Positions 12,850 to 26,553 of a stretch of 64,000 nucleotides of DNA are shown in pieces (the stretch's first letter is position 1; the number at the start of each line of letters is the position of its first letter). The notes beneath the pieces are model-generated. The model did no database searches, was not told where the DNA came from, and saw nothing but the letters and a program-made list of their open reading frames with translations. The DNA is taken from the NCBI GenBank assembly GCA_964016885.1, contig OZ024740.1:211668001-211732000 (forward strand). Reading direction: 5' to 3'. The position numbers and the translations under genes are program-made. The DNA is from Eledone cirrhosa (lineage: Eukaryota).

Positions 12850-13850
12850 TTTAAGTCTCAGTCATTGATGTTATTTAACTGGAAAGTTTGTTGAAATGAA
12901 CATCAAGCCTCAGATATTCAGGACGTATCGGAGGGTTCTTGCTGTTCCCAACAAACATGCCTTTTGAAGTGTTCCAAAAAACGGGGCTGGACTAATCTTC
13001 TTTAACCATCATTGGAAACTCCTTGAGATAGTACCTAGTGCACCTATGACAATCGGGACAACCTTGATTTCATGGCAGTTCCAAATCCTTTTTAACTCCC
13101 ACTTTAAATTCTGGTATCAGTTAATTTTCTCCCTCTCCTTTTCTTGCACTCTCGTGTCAAATGGGCAGGCTATATCTACAATCCCACTAGTTATTGTTTA
13201 GCCATTAGTCGCCACTCAGTATTCATTTATTACCACATTCCTATAGGTATTAGTACTAATACTATCACTACTATTACCACTACAACTACTACTACTACCA
13301 CTACTATTACTATTATCATCACTAGATAATTGTCTCCTCAGGCACAATCTTTTTTCCTTGTCAAAAACCACCAGGTCAGGCCTGTTGTGTTCTAATTTCT
13401 TGTCCGTCTGTATCCTAAAATCTCATAGCACTTCACTGGATCGTTTTCTATCACCAACTCTGGCTTATTCTCATACCACTTCTCAGAATGTGGTAAATTG
13501 TTTAGTTTGCATAGGTGCCAGTGGATCACCCTGCCTATCATATCATGTCTCCAGCCTTTATAGTGAGTCTGTGCTAGGTGTTTACACTTGGATACAATGT
13601 GAGCCACAGTCTTCTCTCTTCACAGATTCTACACAGTGAGCTAGCCTCCTCCTTGTCAATATGGTGTTTTACCCACTTCGTTCTGAGGGCTTGTTCTTGC
13701 GCAGCCATTAGCATTCCTTCTGTAGCTTTTTTAAGGTCTCCTCTTTTTAAGCAGTTCCATGTCTGTGGATCTCTGAATTCCGTTTTCTTAAAGAAGGTGC
13801 TATGAAGGGATTTTTCATGAAGGTTGCTCTTTCTCCTTGTTGTTATTTCC
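12850..13850 (-). mobile_element. R4/Dong-clade LINE 3' fragment (CCHC + restriction-like endonuclease), split by a low-complexity insert
   Basis: Reverse strand gives EGMLMAAQEQALRTKW, HIVSKCKHLAQTHYK..RHDMIGRVIHWHLC, NRPDLVVFDKE, KWELKRIWN..VPIVIGALGT. Bounded by (TAT)n. Confidence 0.8.
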
Positions 13851-13894
<44 letters not shown>

Positions 13895-16800
13895 GTTGTG
13901 CTGAATCTCTCGAGACGTGTGTAACTATGATGGAGTAAGTCAGTTGAATTTTATGAACTTATCGAAACTTTTATATAGTAATTTTTACATTGTTGTGTAG
14001 TTAAAGAACCCCTCTTTCAAAGGAAGTGGTTTTTTAACTGTATCTCTCGCCCTTAAGGGCTGAATTTGTATTTATTTATAATCGTACCCCTCAATTTTTT
14101 GTTAAAAAAAAACATGGTGGACAAAAAGAATTGTTTACAGGGAGGAACAGCAGGTTGTTCGGAGGGTAGAACAGCTGATTCCGTCCAATCACAAGGCAAA
14201 GGCAAGAACAACAGAAACAGCAGCAGCCACAGTGGAAATCGCGTGGTTGAATGCGGCCGTCTTCGCTGACGTCGAGGATTCAACAACTATCCTTGATGTC
14301 ATGCAAATAAGACAGGCGAATTGGGGATGGAGCTAATCATCCAAGCAAACCATGAGAACATCGAGGCCATCCTCGATGTAATAGACCTGGATGACGGCAG
14401 CCATCTACCTGTGACTGTCGAAGGTAGGCGCCCAAGGTGTCATAGATGCGGTGACAAGATGCACCTTAAGGTCTTCTGCCCCAAACTCACCAAAATGGGC
14501 ACGCACTCCCTCCTTCTCCCTACACCATGCCCCGCAACTGAAATGGACAAGCTTTCAGGTTAGTGGCCGTCTATGCCCCAACAGGACTAGCATAGGTTGT
14601 CCACAATTCAATATAGTCGACTACACGGACCACAAATTCGTGATCTGTGTGGTTGACTTAGATAGGCTTCATAGACAGGGACCCGGCTACTGGAAGCTAA
14701 ACGTGTTGTTAACTGCGCGCAAAGCTTACAGAGACCGGATTAGCAAATTAGTTAAGCGGTGCGTTGACGGGGGCCATCGTCAACAACAAATGGTGGTTTG
14801 CCCTGAAAAGAGTGATTAGACTAGAGTCCATTAGGTTTAGTAAGGCGTTAGTAATAGAGAAAAATACAACAGCCGGAGAATTAGTTGGCAAATTAGATGA
14901 GGCGCTTAGTAAAGGCATCGCGACCGACGTGCTTGCGGCGAATTTGGCTCACAACCAATTTTTCAACGCAAAGCACGAAGGCTGCGTTGTGAAGGCTAGG
15001 GTGCATGCTCTTAGACACGAGGCGACGAAAGCCGTTCAATGGGCCTGGGTGGTGGAAGCGTGTCGTGGCAACAAAACCACGATCCGGTCTTTGGCAGACC
15101 ACGATGGGCGCATGCTACTCGGTCCCGGGCAGATGTGTGTGGCTTTTCAGTGACACTTTGTGGTTCGGGGGCAGCGGCGGGCCGGATCGCGGGATGGACT
15201 TTAATGCCTACCTCGACAGACTGCTGTGGCTCTTGGCCACTGAGGCGGAGTGTTGCGAAAAGCCGATAACAGCTGCTGAAGTACGGGAGGAAATGACTGA
15301 GTGCACAATGGGTAAATCACCTGGTTTGGAGGGTCTGCTCTACGAACTTTACGTACAGATGTCAGACTTGTTCGGAGACCTCTTGGCGGACATCTACTGC
15401 AACTGGCAACAGAACGGGAGAATTCCCAGCTCTGTGAGCCGAGGAGCGGTGGCACTGCTGAGAAAAGATCCGAACAAGGGGGATAACATAGATAATTTCA
15501 GGCCCATAACTCTGCTAAACACAGAGTTCAAGATTTTGGCTAAGGTGCTAGCAAAGAGGTTGGCGTTTGTCGTCGGTGGTCTGGTGGGAGAGGCGCAGAC
15601 ATGCGGCATTCCAGACAGATCCATCCTCATGCGATACATTGTGGAGAGGGTAGCTAGGGAACCTGGCCCTGGTGGGTCCTTGATCAATTTAGATCAGTCT
15701 AAAGCTTTTGATAGGGTTGACCATCACTATCTGGTGGCAGTCCTGAGGGCGGCTGGCTTTGGGCCTGTCTTCAGAAGCTGGATTGATGCCTTGCACAGCG
15801 ACATCTGCTCTGTGGTGAGAGTGAATGGTCACCTTTTGGAACCATTTAACATCATGTGCTCTGTCCGCCAAGGATGTCTTCTCTCATCCCTGTTGTACGT
15901 TTTGACTCTCGAGCCATTACTGCACAAACTGGAGACGTTGAGGAGGCGAACTGGGATGCGTAAGAACCATGTCAGCATATGCAGTTGACGTGACTGTAGT
16001 GGTGTTGAATGCCAAACACATCGAGGCGATCGGCACCTTACTAAGAGAATACGAGGCGGTGACAGGAACAATGATCAACCAGGAAAAGTCAGTGGGTCTG
16101 CAGCTCGGCACCTGGAGAGGCAGGTCCATGCTGTCCAACAGCATCGTCGGGCGCTGGACAGACAGACCAATTAAATTGCTAGAGGTCTGGTTCAGTCTGG
16201 ACCTCCAGACGGACAAAATCTGGGACGAGGTGACGAGCAGGGTGGCCTCTCTCACCCAGAAATGGGCTGAGAGGAACCTATCCCTGAAAGGTCGAGTGGA
16301 GGTGGCGAATGCGTACATCGCGTCATTCATCTACTACCGCCTGACCATCGTGCCTTGTCCTAAGCCTCGCCTGACTGTGTTGAAGCGTTTGCTCTTTCGC
16401 TTTTTGTGGAAGGGACGTGCTCTGATGATCAGACATGCGCTCAGGCACGGCATCTCCACCTCTTCCTCGACGGTGATCAGGTGTGTCGCCCTTTGCTAGA
16501 CGCGTGTTTCTCCAGCTCATCTCCTTGGCGGAGTTGAAGTCCTGGGTCAAGCGAAGACTGAGAGGAAGCGTTTGGTGACTGGAATGTCTTCAGGCACTTA
16601 CAGCCCTCAACCAGCCGAGCAATACGATCGGTGGAAACTCCACCTTGGTGTTCTATAGAGGGTTAGTGGAGGGAAAGAGCGATGACGTCCTTGGGGAGGC
16701 TCTGGGTGTCGATGAAAACCAATTAGCCAATCTCTTCGGGAGAACTTTCGGGCTGGGGCCCATGGACAACTTCCAGAAATCCCTGGCCTGGCAGTGCTAC

Positions 16801-17490
16801 TGAGGAGCCTTGCCAGTTTGGGATAAAGTCTACAGGCATGGAAGTGCCCTCAGCTGGGCCTATTCGAGATGCGTGCAGGGCGATGAAACTGTCCTGCACG
16901 CTTGTGGCCAGTGTCCAAGCATTACTGACTCGTGAGTTTATGTCAAACACCTGCTGTCACGTGTAGAATGGATCTGGCTATCAGCTGAGTCCATCATGAG
17001 GATTTGCCCAGACGCCTTCCTTTAACCTGGTGGTCATGGTAAAAGAGATCGTATGGTGGACACGTCTGAAAGAGTTGAAGATGGGTACTTTCCTCTTCGG
17101 TGACACCCTCATTAACTTTTTCAGGGTTCACCTGAAAAGGAAAATCAGGGTGGAGAGGGAAGTGCTGCCTTCCAGCCAGTTTGTTAAAAGGTGGGTGAGA
17201 TAGGCTAGAATGGCCCATGTGAATGGGCCTACCCTGAGTGTGTGCCTGTAGCATAGTGGGAGGAAAGCTGGAAGAGGGCACTTGCCCTAGTGGTCAGGGT
17301 AACCGTGACGTTCTCCATGAGCGAACCTTGGAAGTCCTGGGGAATTTTTCATTGTTTCCTTTTTTTGTTACATCCTCTGTTTTTGTTTTTTTAAACACAG
17401 AAATGCCCATTTGTACCGTCTTATATTGTACTGTGTTGTCCTTAATGTTATACTTTGTTTTTGTCAACCCTTGTAGTTAATAAAGAAAGA
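13895..17490 (+). mobile_element. Tx1/L1-like LINE, internally deleted and frameshifted
   Basis: ORF1 remnant VEGRRPRCHRCGDKMHLKVFC. ORF2 pieces GPGYWKLN, KSPGLEG, FRPITLLNTEFKILAK, LDQSKAFDRV, SAYAVD. Ends at AATAAAG. Confidence 0.88.
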
Positions 17491-17496
17491 AAGCAT

Positions 17497-17690
17497 TGGC
17501 AGTATCGCTAGAGGGTCGGACACAATGCTTTGACGCATAGAGTTACCGCCCTTGCCATTCTGAGTTCAAATCCCACCGAGGTTAACTTTGCCTTTCATCC
17601 TTACGGGGTCGATAAAATAAAGTACCAGTCACGCACTGGGGTCAATTTCATCGACTTTTCCCTCCCCCCAAAATTGCTGGCCTTGTGCCT
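17497..17690 (+). mobile_element. tRNA-SINE (Nin-like), tail replaced by the next Tx1 element
   Basis: TTGGCAGTATCGCTAGAGGGTCGGAC..GAGTTCAAATCC..CTTTCATCCTTACGGGGTCGATAAAATAAAGTACC..GGCCTTGTGCCT. Confidence 0.85.
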
Positions 17691-20600
17691 AGAGAGAGCG
17701 CTGTCAGACAACACAGAGAGAGGGAGACTTTGTCAACACATCAAGACAGCGTTCTAGCGAAAATAAATATAAAAGAAAATATTACGAAGGAAAAGAGGAA
17801 CAATAGCATTTTTAATGATATTGTTACAGATTTAAAATTACCAAACATTTCTAACACAAACAACACCAACAACAACACCATCAATAACAGCAGCTACAAC
17901 AAAAATAACAACGGTAAGGTCGAGAACGACAATAACAATGACAATAACAGCCACAACAACAATAATAGCAAGAACAATATCAACAAAAACAACAATAATA
18001 ACAACAGCCACAATAACAGTAACAACAACAACAGTATCAACGAAAACAACAACAACAACAACAGTACCAATGAAAACATCAACAATGACATCGATACCTG
18101 TCACAGCGATCTCAGCACCACCAGTAAGATTAGTAGCGGCAGCAATAGTGGTGCTGCTGAAAAAAGGACCACTTCTTTTGCAGGTGTCGCCCGAAATATC
18201 GAAACAGTGTTAGTCACAGAGGAGGAGATGGCAGTCACAAGGGCCATGGTGACAAGAAACGCCAATAGAGTCTCCCTGAAACCTCCACCCGATTTTTTTC
18301 AAGGACCAGCAGCTTCGGACGGTGACTTACCGTACCGTAAGCAAAATGTCACATCGGGTGGAGAGAGCCATGGAGGCTCATCCAAAAGGGCTTGGGGTGC
18401 GTCTGGGCATGAAAACCCACATCACTCGAGGCAGAAAGTACGCCACAGTAGACATACTTTTCGCCACCCCAAGAAGCGAAGTCTCACTTTTTGGAAACCC
18501 TAAAGAGCGAGGAGATAGTCTTGGTGTCCTCCTACTGCGGGCAGAAAATTGTGAGGGTCAAAGTGACCCAGATCCCACCTGACGTGCCCATACCTTGGCT
18601 GGCCGCATCTGTCCTTGTTGGAATCGAGGACAGGACGACCATGCTGCAAGTAGAGAAAATAAGGAGAGAAAACTAGTCAGGTATAGGCCTGCAAATGCTT
18701 ATACAAACTGACCAGGAATGTATCGACGCTATCCCCGATATCATAGACATTGAGGAAGGACTCCAACTCCCTATAAGTGTGGAAGGAAGACGGCCAAAAT
18801 GTTATCTCTGTGGATCAAAGGGTCACCTCAGGGCCTTTGCCTGCAGAAGACAGCAAAGAAGAAGGCCCCTCTCCTTCCAATACCTGGTCCGCTGCTACTA
18901 AGAGCAGGGCAGGCAACAAACGCAGAAGCCCCTTCCACGGTAAGTAGGAGGGCAACGTCCGTGGCACCCGTACCAAGGCCACGGACAACTAAAGCAGCAG
19001 CATCAGTGGCGGCAACACCAGTAGCTACATTTCCAGTAGCTGCACCAGCAAAAAAATCGCTGGAGAGGGCTCCACTACCACCACCAACAGCTGTGGAGCA
19101 CATACCCCTCCCAGACGTCATGAAATCTGATATGGAGTCTGAGGCGGGAGTGAAGTGGCAAACGGTCTGCCACAAAAAAGAAAAAAACCCCTTAGGTTCA
19201 CCCTCCAAAAGCGAAGGCACACAAAGAGGGGTAAAGGATGTAAGGAGATTTGCAACAACACCATCACTATCACCACCACAAGCACCACCACCAACAACAA
19301 CCCACACCACTACCAGCATCACCAAAAACACCAACGCAAACACAACAAAACACACACACCAAACAGCAACAAGAAGAAAACAGCAACAAAATCACCCCTC
19401 TCCCCAAAACGTACACAGCCATAAACAGCAAATAAAGAACTCATACAATATATAAAGCAGCACACAGACATCACAGGAAAAAACTACTACACCCCTCCAA
19501 CACCAAGAACTCTCCCGACAAACATAAACATCATTGATGTCAAAATAGAACAGTACAAAACTTTAAAGCAAAAATTCTCCAACACAGTTGGAGACTTCAG
19601 AGGGTCAGTTACCAGGAGGATATACACTGACATCCTCTTGGAAACACCCATGACCAGCGAAAGGGACGGTTCTACTGTCCCTTCACCACACGATCAAGGT
19701 AAGTCACCCTTTCTTACTTGCCCCGTTTCTCATCCAACATGGCCGTACTTAGAATAGGCAGTATAAATGCACGTGGCCTGAGGTCATCTTGGAAGCAGGG
19801 ACACCTGCTCAACAACTTCAGGTCACTAAACATAGATGTGGTGGCCATCAGCAAGACCAGAATCTCCAAAGCACGAGCCTTCACACTGATCTTCGGCGGC
19901 TACGATGTATACGCATCTCCCAGCCGTCCAGGATCGGGGGGAGGGGTTGCCATCCTTTTTCGGAGTGGCTTGGATCTCACCACACGGGCCATCTTCCTAG
20001 ACCCAGAAGGTAAGTCGGTGGTGCTGGACATGACCGGCAGCGAAGGCAATGCTTTCAGGCTAGTAGCCGTCTACGCCCCAACTGGGGTAGGACGGCCAGA
20101 TTTCTTCAGACATCTAGATACCTTTCTTGGAATGTCCCGCTCTTTAGTGTTAGTGGGCAACTGGAACGGTATCTTGGAAGCACGCTGGGATTGTGTGGGG
20201 CTAGTGGATAGGAGAGGAGGGTGCAAGAGCCTCACCAACCCGCTCAGACGTTTTGAACTGTCTGACAGGTATCGACTGGATCACCTGAATGTGCCAATGT
20301 AGATATAGACAAACCGCATCGGGTCATCCAGATCGTATCTCAATAGGGTATTCTGCAGAGAACTAGATAAAAATAGTATAAGTTGTCCATAATTTAAAAT
20401 AGTCGACTACACAGACCACAAATTTGTGATCTGTGAGATCGACATAGACAGACTTCATAGACAAGGACCTGGTTACTGGAAGCTGAACGCGTCTATCCCG
20501 GCGCGCAAAGCCTACAGAGACCGGATTAGCATATTAGGTAAGCGGGCATTGACAGGAGCGGTCGTCAATAACAGGTGGTGGTGTCGAGCACCAGACACAT

Positions 20601-22160
20601 CCAGATACTCGGCACCGCTCTCAAGGAATACGAAGCGATGACAGGAGCAAAGATAAACCAGGAAAAGTCGGTGGGCTTACAGCTCGGCACCTGGAGAGAC
20701 AAGTCCATGTTGTCCGACAGTGTTGTGGGGCATTGGACGGATAGACCGGTTAAATTGCTCGGGGTCTGGTTCGGACCAGACCTCCAGATGGAGAAAAACT
20801 GGAGCGAGTTGACGAGCAGGGTGGCTTCCCTCACCCAGAAATGGGCCGAGAGGAAGCTGTCCCTGAAAGACCGGGCGGAGGTGGCGAATGCGTACATCGC
20901 ATCCATCGTCCCTTGCTCCGGCCCAACTCTCACCAAAATGGAGCGCCTTCTCTTCCGCCTTTTGTGGAAGGGACGCCCTCCCATGGTCAGACGATCCATC
21001 TGCTGTCAACACCCATTGCATGGATGACTGGGCATGCCATGGCTGATGATGCGCAAACATGCGCTGAGACTGTGACATCTCTGGTGCTTCCTTGATGGTG
21101 AACAGGTGTGGTCGCCGTTTTCAAGGCACGTTTTCCCACAGTTCGTCTCCTTGACGGAGCTGCAGTCCTGGGTCAGGAAAAGACCGAGGGATAGCGCTTG
21201 GAAACTGGAATGTCTCCAGGCGCTCACTGCTCTCTGCCAGCTGGGCACCAGTATCGGTGGAACATCCACCTCGGCGTTCTATAGAGGACTAGTGGAGGGG
21301 AAGAGCGACGACGTTCTCGGAGAGATCCTGGGCGTCGAAGAAGATCAGCTGTTTGCTCTCTTCCGGAGAACTTTCAGCCCAGGGCCTATGGATAACTTCC
21401 AGGTACGGAAGTGCCGTCAGCCGAGCCTGTCCGAGATATGCACAGAGTGACGAAACCGTCGTGCACGCACTCGTTCAATGCCCAAGCATTGCTGACTTGT
21501 GGAGCTATGTCGAACAGTTGCTGTCGCGTGTAGGACTGATCCGGTTGTCGACTGAGTCCATTGTGCAGATGGTCTCGCCGTCTTCCTTCGAGGAGGAAGG
21601 GCAGGCAGTTTTCATCTGACTGGTGGCTATGGCGAAAGAGATTGTGTGGTGGACAAGGGTAAAAGGGTTAAAGACAGACACTTTCCTCTTCGGCGAATCC
21701 CTAATTAACTTTTTCAAGTTTCACTTGAAGAGGAAAATCGGGGTGGAGAGGCAAGTGCTGCTTTCTAGCAAGTTTGTTGAAAGGTGGGTGAATGTAGCGA
21801 GAATGGTCCGAGTAAACAAGACCACTCTGAATATACGTCTGTAGTTTGAGAGATGGAAAAATTGAGAGAGGGCACTTGCCCTGGTGGTCAGGGTGGCCGT
21901 GGTGTTTTGTGTGGTTTTCGCCATGAGTAACCCTCGGAGGTTTCCCCCTATTGGGGAATTTTTCATTGTTTCAATTTTCATTTTTATTGTTTATATATAT
22001 GTTTCTGTCTTTTTTTTTCTTTTCTTATATAAATAATAAAAATATTTACACGCACAAAACCCACATTGTACCGTCCTGTACCGTCCTGTGCTGTCTGTAA
22101 TGTTTTTCTTGATGTCAGCCCTTGTGTTCAATAAAGAAATCATTATTATTATTATTATTA
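17691..22160 (+). mobile_element. Tx1/L1-like LINE (second family), ORF1 + APE, RT largely deleted
   Basis: Asn-rich ORF1 N-terminus, Zn knuckle CYLCGSKGHLRAFAC, APE LRIGSINARGL..VAVYAP..TDHK. A deletion near 20575 joins the APE linker to the post-YADD region. AATAAA and (ATT)n tail. Confidence 0.88.
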
Positions 22161-22164
22161 TTAC

Positions 22165-24262
22165 AATTGCATTTATCTTGCTTTATGTTCATACGAGTTA
22201 TCACCAAGTCACAACCAGTGAACTCAAGAGACAACAAGGTCCGCCATGTTCAAGGAAGAACATACATACTCACACATGCATCTTTAGTGTTTAGACTTGT
22301 GATGTACTTATATTGACAGAATCTTCCTTAGTATATGGGCAGTTCCCATTAGTACTATCTTTTGTATTTCTCCTATACGCGGGTTTCCTGGGATCTGCGA
22401 TAAGTAATCATTAGACCCCTTAGGTATCATTCCCAGAGCGCCTACAACCACTGGTATTGTTTTAGTTCTCAATTTCCACATTTTTCCAATTTCTATCTCC
22501 AGAAAGTTTTGTCAACATCAGGATTGTTAGCTCGCTCTGGGTATTTTCCATACAGAGGCTTTTCTTGCCATTTCTTAGCCAGTTTCTGTAGCAGTTCTTT
22601 CTTTGCAGTTACTTTTACCTGCTTTGCTTTTTCTGTGTTTTCCATTTCAGCAGTAAATGGGACTTTTGAAATTTGTAGTCTGTATCTTTGTGCATCTTTT
22701 GTAATGGAATATGATCTTTTGATGCTTTCGTGTTTCAAAACGAGTTTGATCATCCAATCATGTGATTCCCTTAGATATGTAGATAATCCAATTGTTGCAG
22801 TTTTCAACGCAATGTCTAACTGGATTAACCTACGTCCTCCTTCTTTCCTAGGGAGATATATTCTATCTATATCTGCCTTAGGGTGATGCATTCTGTGCAT
22901 GGTTAAGAATTTTCGAATTTTTGTATCGAGCCTACGGATCTCTGTGCTTGACCAGTTGATGACATTGTAACTGTAGGTTACTACTGGTATGGCAAGCGTG
23001 TTTATGGCATCGATCCTATTCCTTGCATTCAATTCCGTTCTTAAGATTGCTCTTACTCTGCGGTCACATTCCTTCCTTATCCTTTCCCTCATTGTCGAGT
23101 GCTTGATTCCGTCTCCTTCATAAACACCTAGATATTTGTAAGTTTTTTCTTGATCAAGTTCTCTTATCACGTTCCCCCGATCAAGATTAATGTCTGAACT
23201 CTTCAGCAGCTTTCCTCTGGTGAACGTTGCTTTGGCGCATTTATCTAGTCCAAACTCCATTTTAATGTCATCACTGAACTGCTCCACAGTGGATAATAGC
23301 CCTTGCAATTGTTCATCATTTTTTGTAAATAGTTTCAGGTCATCCATATAGAACAGGTGATTAATGGTTTTGTCATAGACTTTATATCCATGTTTTGTTT
23401 CATTGAGCATTTTACTTAATGGTATAAGTGCGATGCAGAATAAAAGCGGTGATAAAGAGTCACCCTGAAAAATTCCACAATTAATATTAACTTCTCCAGC
23501 TTCCAGTGATTTTGTTTCACTATTCAAAAGGAGTGTCGTTTTCCATGTCTTCATACTGAATGACAAAAACCTCCTGACAACGGGGGATATTTTGAAAATC
23601 TCTAAACATTTTTCAATCCAACTGTGTGGCAAACTATCGAATGCTTTTTTATAATCTATCCAAGCAATCGATAGATTTTTGTGTCTATTATGACAATCTT
23701 CCAGTATCAGTTTGTTAACCAGAAGCTGATCCTTACAGCCATATGAGCCTCGTTTACACCCTTTCTGCTCAATGGGAAATAGGTCATTTGTTATCAGGTG
23801 GTCATATGTGTATTCAGTTAGGACTGATGTTAAAATTTTATACATTGTGGTCAAGCAAGTTATCGGTCTGTAATTTTTGGGATTGTTTGTCTCATCATTC
23901 TTCGGAAGCAGGAATGTAATGCCGTTAACTAGCCATGATGGTATCTTTTCTGGCTCCTTAACTATTTCATTGTAAAGTTGGGCTAACAGCTCATGAGACT
24001 CTGTGAAGGCATTTATCCAAAAGTTTTGTATTTTGTCTTTTCCTGGGGATTTCCATTTGCTGGTTTTTCTTAGAGCCAAGCGCAACTGTTCAACTGTTAT
24101 ATTTTCCCATGTTTGTTCCTCAAGGTGAGCTGTATCTTTCATTTGTCTGTCTATCCATGGGGCATGTATGTTATGAACTTTTTCTTCGGCCCAGATCTTT
24201 TCCCAGAATTCTTGCACTTCCTCCTTGGGTGGTATTGATTTAGCAGTTATTGTTGACTTACC
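22165..24262 (-). mobile_element. R4/Dong-clade LINE, 5'-truncated, RLE core deleted, flanked by (TAT)n
   Basis: Contains the RT ORF 22493..24217 and C-terminus KMWKLRTKTIPVVVGALGMIPK..QKIVLMGTAHILRKIL*. The CCHC/PD-(D/E)xK region is missing. Confidence 0.88.
22493..24217 (-). CDS. R4/Dong-type reverse transcriptase (574 aa open segment)
   Basis: WKSPGKDKI, YRPITCLTTMYKILT, EQKGC..GCKDQL, AWIDYKKAFDS, GIFQGDSLSPLLF, HLFYMDDLKL, YKYLG. Confidence 0.9.
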   Translation of the reverse strand: MQEFWEKIWAEEKVHNIHAPWIDRQMKDTAHLEEQTWENITVEQLRLALRKTSKWKSPGKDKIQNFWINAFTESHELLAQLYNEIVKEPEKIPSWLVNGITFLLPKNDETNNPKNYRPITCLTTMYKILTSVLTEYTYDHLITNDLFPIEQKGCKRGSYGCKDQLLVNKLILEDCHNRHKNLSIAWIDYKKAFDSLPHSWIEKCLEIFKISPVVRRFLSFSMKTWKTTLLLNSETKSLEAGEVNINCGIFQGDSLSPLLFCIALIPLSKMLNETKHGYKVYDKTINHLFYMDDLKLFTKNDEQLQGLLSTVEQFSDDIKMEFGLDKCAKATFTRGKLLKSSDINLDRGNVIRELDQEKTYKYLGVYEGDGIKHSTMRERIRKECDRRVRAILRTELNARNRIDAINTLAIPVVTYSYNVINWSSTEIRRLDTKIRKFLTMHRMHHPKADIDRIYLPRKEGGRRLIQLDIALKTATIGLSTYLRESHDWMIKLVLKHESIKRSYSITKDAQRYRLQISKVPFTAEMENTEKAKQVKVTAKKELLQKLAKKWQEKPLYGKYPERANNPDVDKTFWR

Positions 24263-24495
24263 AATTATTATTATTATTATTATTATTGGCGACCTACGTA
24301 GTAAATCGTATTATCGTGAGCTCCGCAAAGGTTTGTTATTTCCGTTTGTTAAAAATTGCCATTTATGGAAAATTTTATTGTTAACTGTTTATAAGCACAC
24401 ATACATTGTTTTCCGAAAAGGACACCCAAAAAGATTGGGGCCTTGTGCCCAAAATTTTAACTTTTATTATTATCCAAAAATTTCTTTGAAAAAAA

Positions 24496-26519
24496 ATGGC
24501 TAATTCCCCTCTGCACGAAGCAGCTGAAAGCCTTCCTCACAAAATAACACCTCACACCGACACCACCATTGTAAATGTTACTACGTTTGCCAACACAAAA
24601 AAAAATATAAGCAGTAGCAATATTTTAAATTTGTCTCAGGCAGACATTCATTTCCCGCCATTACCAATGACTGCAGGTGTTAAAGCCTCCACCACCACCA
24701 CCACCGCGACAACCACCACCCCCACCACCACCGCGACAACCACCACCCCCACCACCACCGCGACAACAGAAACAAAAGAAGAAAAAAATAAATTAACTCG
24801 TGATGTCGAAATGAAATTAAGCAAGATGGACTCTTCCGCAGCAAAGACGACTGACGTCACCACCACCACAACTGAAACTAAAATTAAGATTAACACAAAT
24901 AACGATAGCAACAACAACAACAATGACATTATAAAACCGACCCTCAGTTTCGCCATCGTAGCAAAACAATTCGAAGCGTTCACGGTAACTCAAGAGGATT
25001 TAGAAAATGCCAAACAAATGGTAAAGAAAGATGAGTACAGGGTCAGCCTCACCCCCCCCCCACCTAATAAAATGGAGCATCGGCGCCTATGCACCGTGTC
25101 GTATAGAACAATAAATGTAAAATCGCGCTGAGTGGAACGGGCATCCGAGTCCCAAATCCAAAAAGCTTTGGGACATGTGTGGGCAAGAAAAACCCACATC
25201 AGACGTGGGTAAAAGTATGGAACCGTGGATGTGTTCTTTGAAACACCAGAGGAGGCTAGAGAACACTCCATGGCCCCATTAAAAAGTGACGACTTCACAC
25301 TCGTCCCAAGCTATTGTGGCCAGAGACTCGTAAAGATCAGGGTGACCCACGTTCCACCGGCCATCGAAATTCCCTGGCTAATAGCGGCTGTCCTCGCCGG
25401 CATCGAAGCCAACACGAAAATAATAGCAATAGCAAAAGAAAAGCAGGAAAACTGGTCCAGATCTGGGATGGAGCTCCTGATCCAAGCGGACCAAAAAAGC
25501 ATTGAGGAGATCCCAGAGGTAATAGACCTCACTGACGGCAGCCACCTCACGGTAATTGTCGAGGGCAGAAGACCTAGGTGTGTCGTTTGTGGTGAAGGAA
25601 CCCACCTAAGGGCTTTCTGCCCTCAGGCTAAAAGGTTGAGGCCACCTCTCCTACCCACCCCAGTGACACAACCATCAACACCACCAGTAGCAGAGATGGC
25701 AGCAACAACTGTAGCAGCAACAACAGAAGCAACTATAACAGCAACAACCCCAGCAACAGTAGCAAAACCAACACCACTACCACCACCAGCAAAACCAACA
25801 CCACCACCACCCAACGCTTCAGAACTAGCACCAGCGCCTACACCATCCACCACGCCACAACCAAAACTAACGGCTGTGGAGGATTTTCCACTCCCCGGCC
25901 TATCACAACTGGAGACAGATTGTGACGACAAGGAGTGGGAAACGATATCCGGAAAAAAAAAAAGAAACCAAAAAAGAAAAAATTCTCTTCCTTCCCCCTC
26001 CAAAAACAAAATACAGAGGGAAACAAATAAATTAAGAAACAAAAAAGTTAGGACAGATATGCCACCATCCACACCAGCATCACCAACCCCATCAACCCAA
26101 ACACCAACACCATCACCATCATTAACCCCAACACCACCATCACCTACACCACAAAAGTCACCAAAATGCGAAACAGAAACAAACCCACAACAAACGCAAA
26201 CAAAACAAAACAGCCAAAACGATACACACTACACAGCATTAAATTTGAACAACAAGCAATTATTACACTACATCCAACACAACACCAGCATCACAGAAAA
26301 AGACTACACAACAACCCCAAAATTCACACCACCTCCACACATACAAATCACTCGCATCACACAGAAAACGTACATGACACTAACAAAAAATTCCCCAAAG
26401 ACATCGGAGACTTCCAACAAGCACTCTCCAGGAGGATTTATAAGGACATCCTTCTTGAGGAGGCCACAAGCAGTGAAAAGGATGGAAAAACTGTCCTTCC
26501 CCTACGAGAAGTAAGGTAA
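24496..26519 (+). pseudogene. Tx1 ORF1 (gag-like, CVVCGEGTHLRAFC knuckle, Pro/Thr-rich linker)
   Basis: ORFs 24496..25131 and 25225..26514 are in the same frame, broken by TGA (25129) and TAA (25210). Homologous to 18150-19700. Confidence 0.82.
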
Positions 26520-26553
26520 GTGGTCTTTCCCATCTTTTCCACTCCTTTTCAAC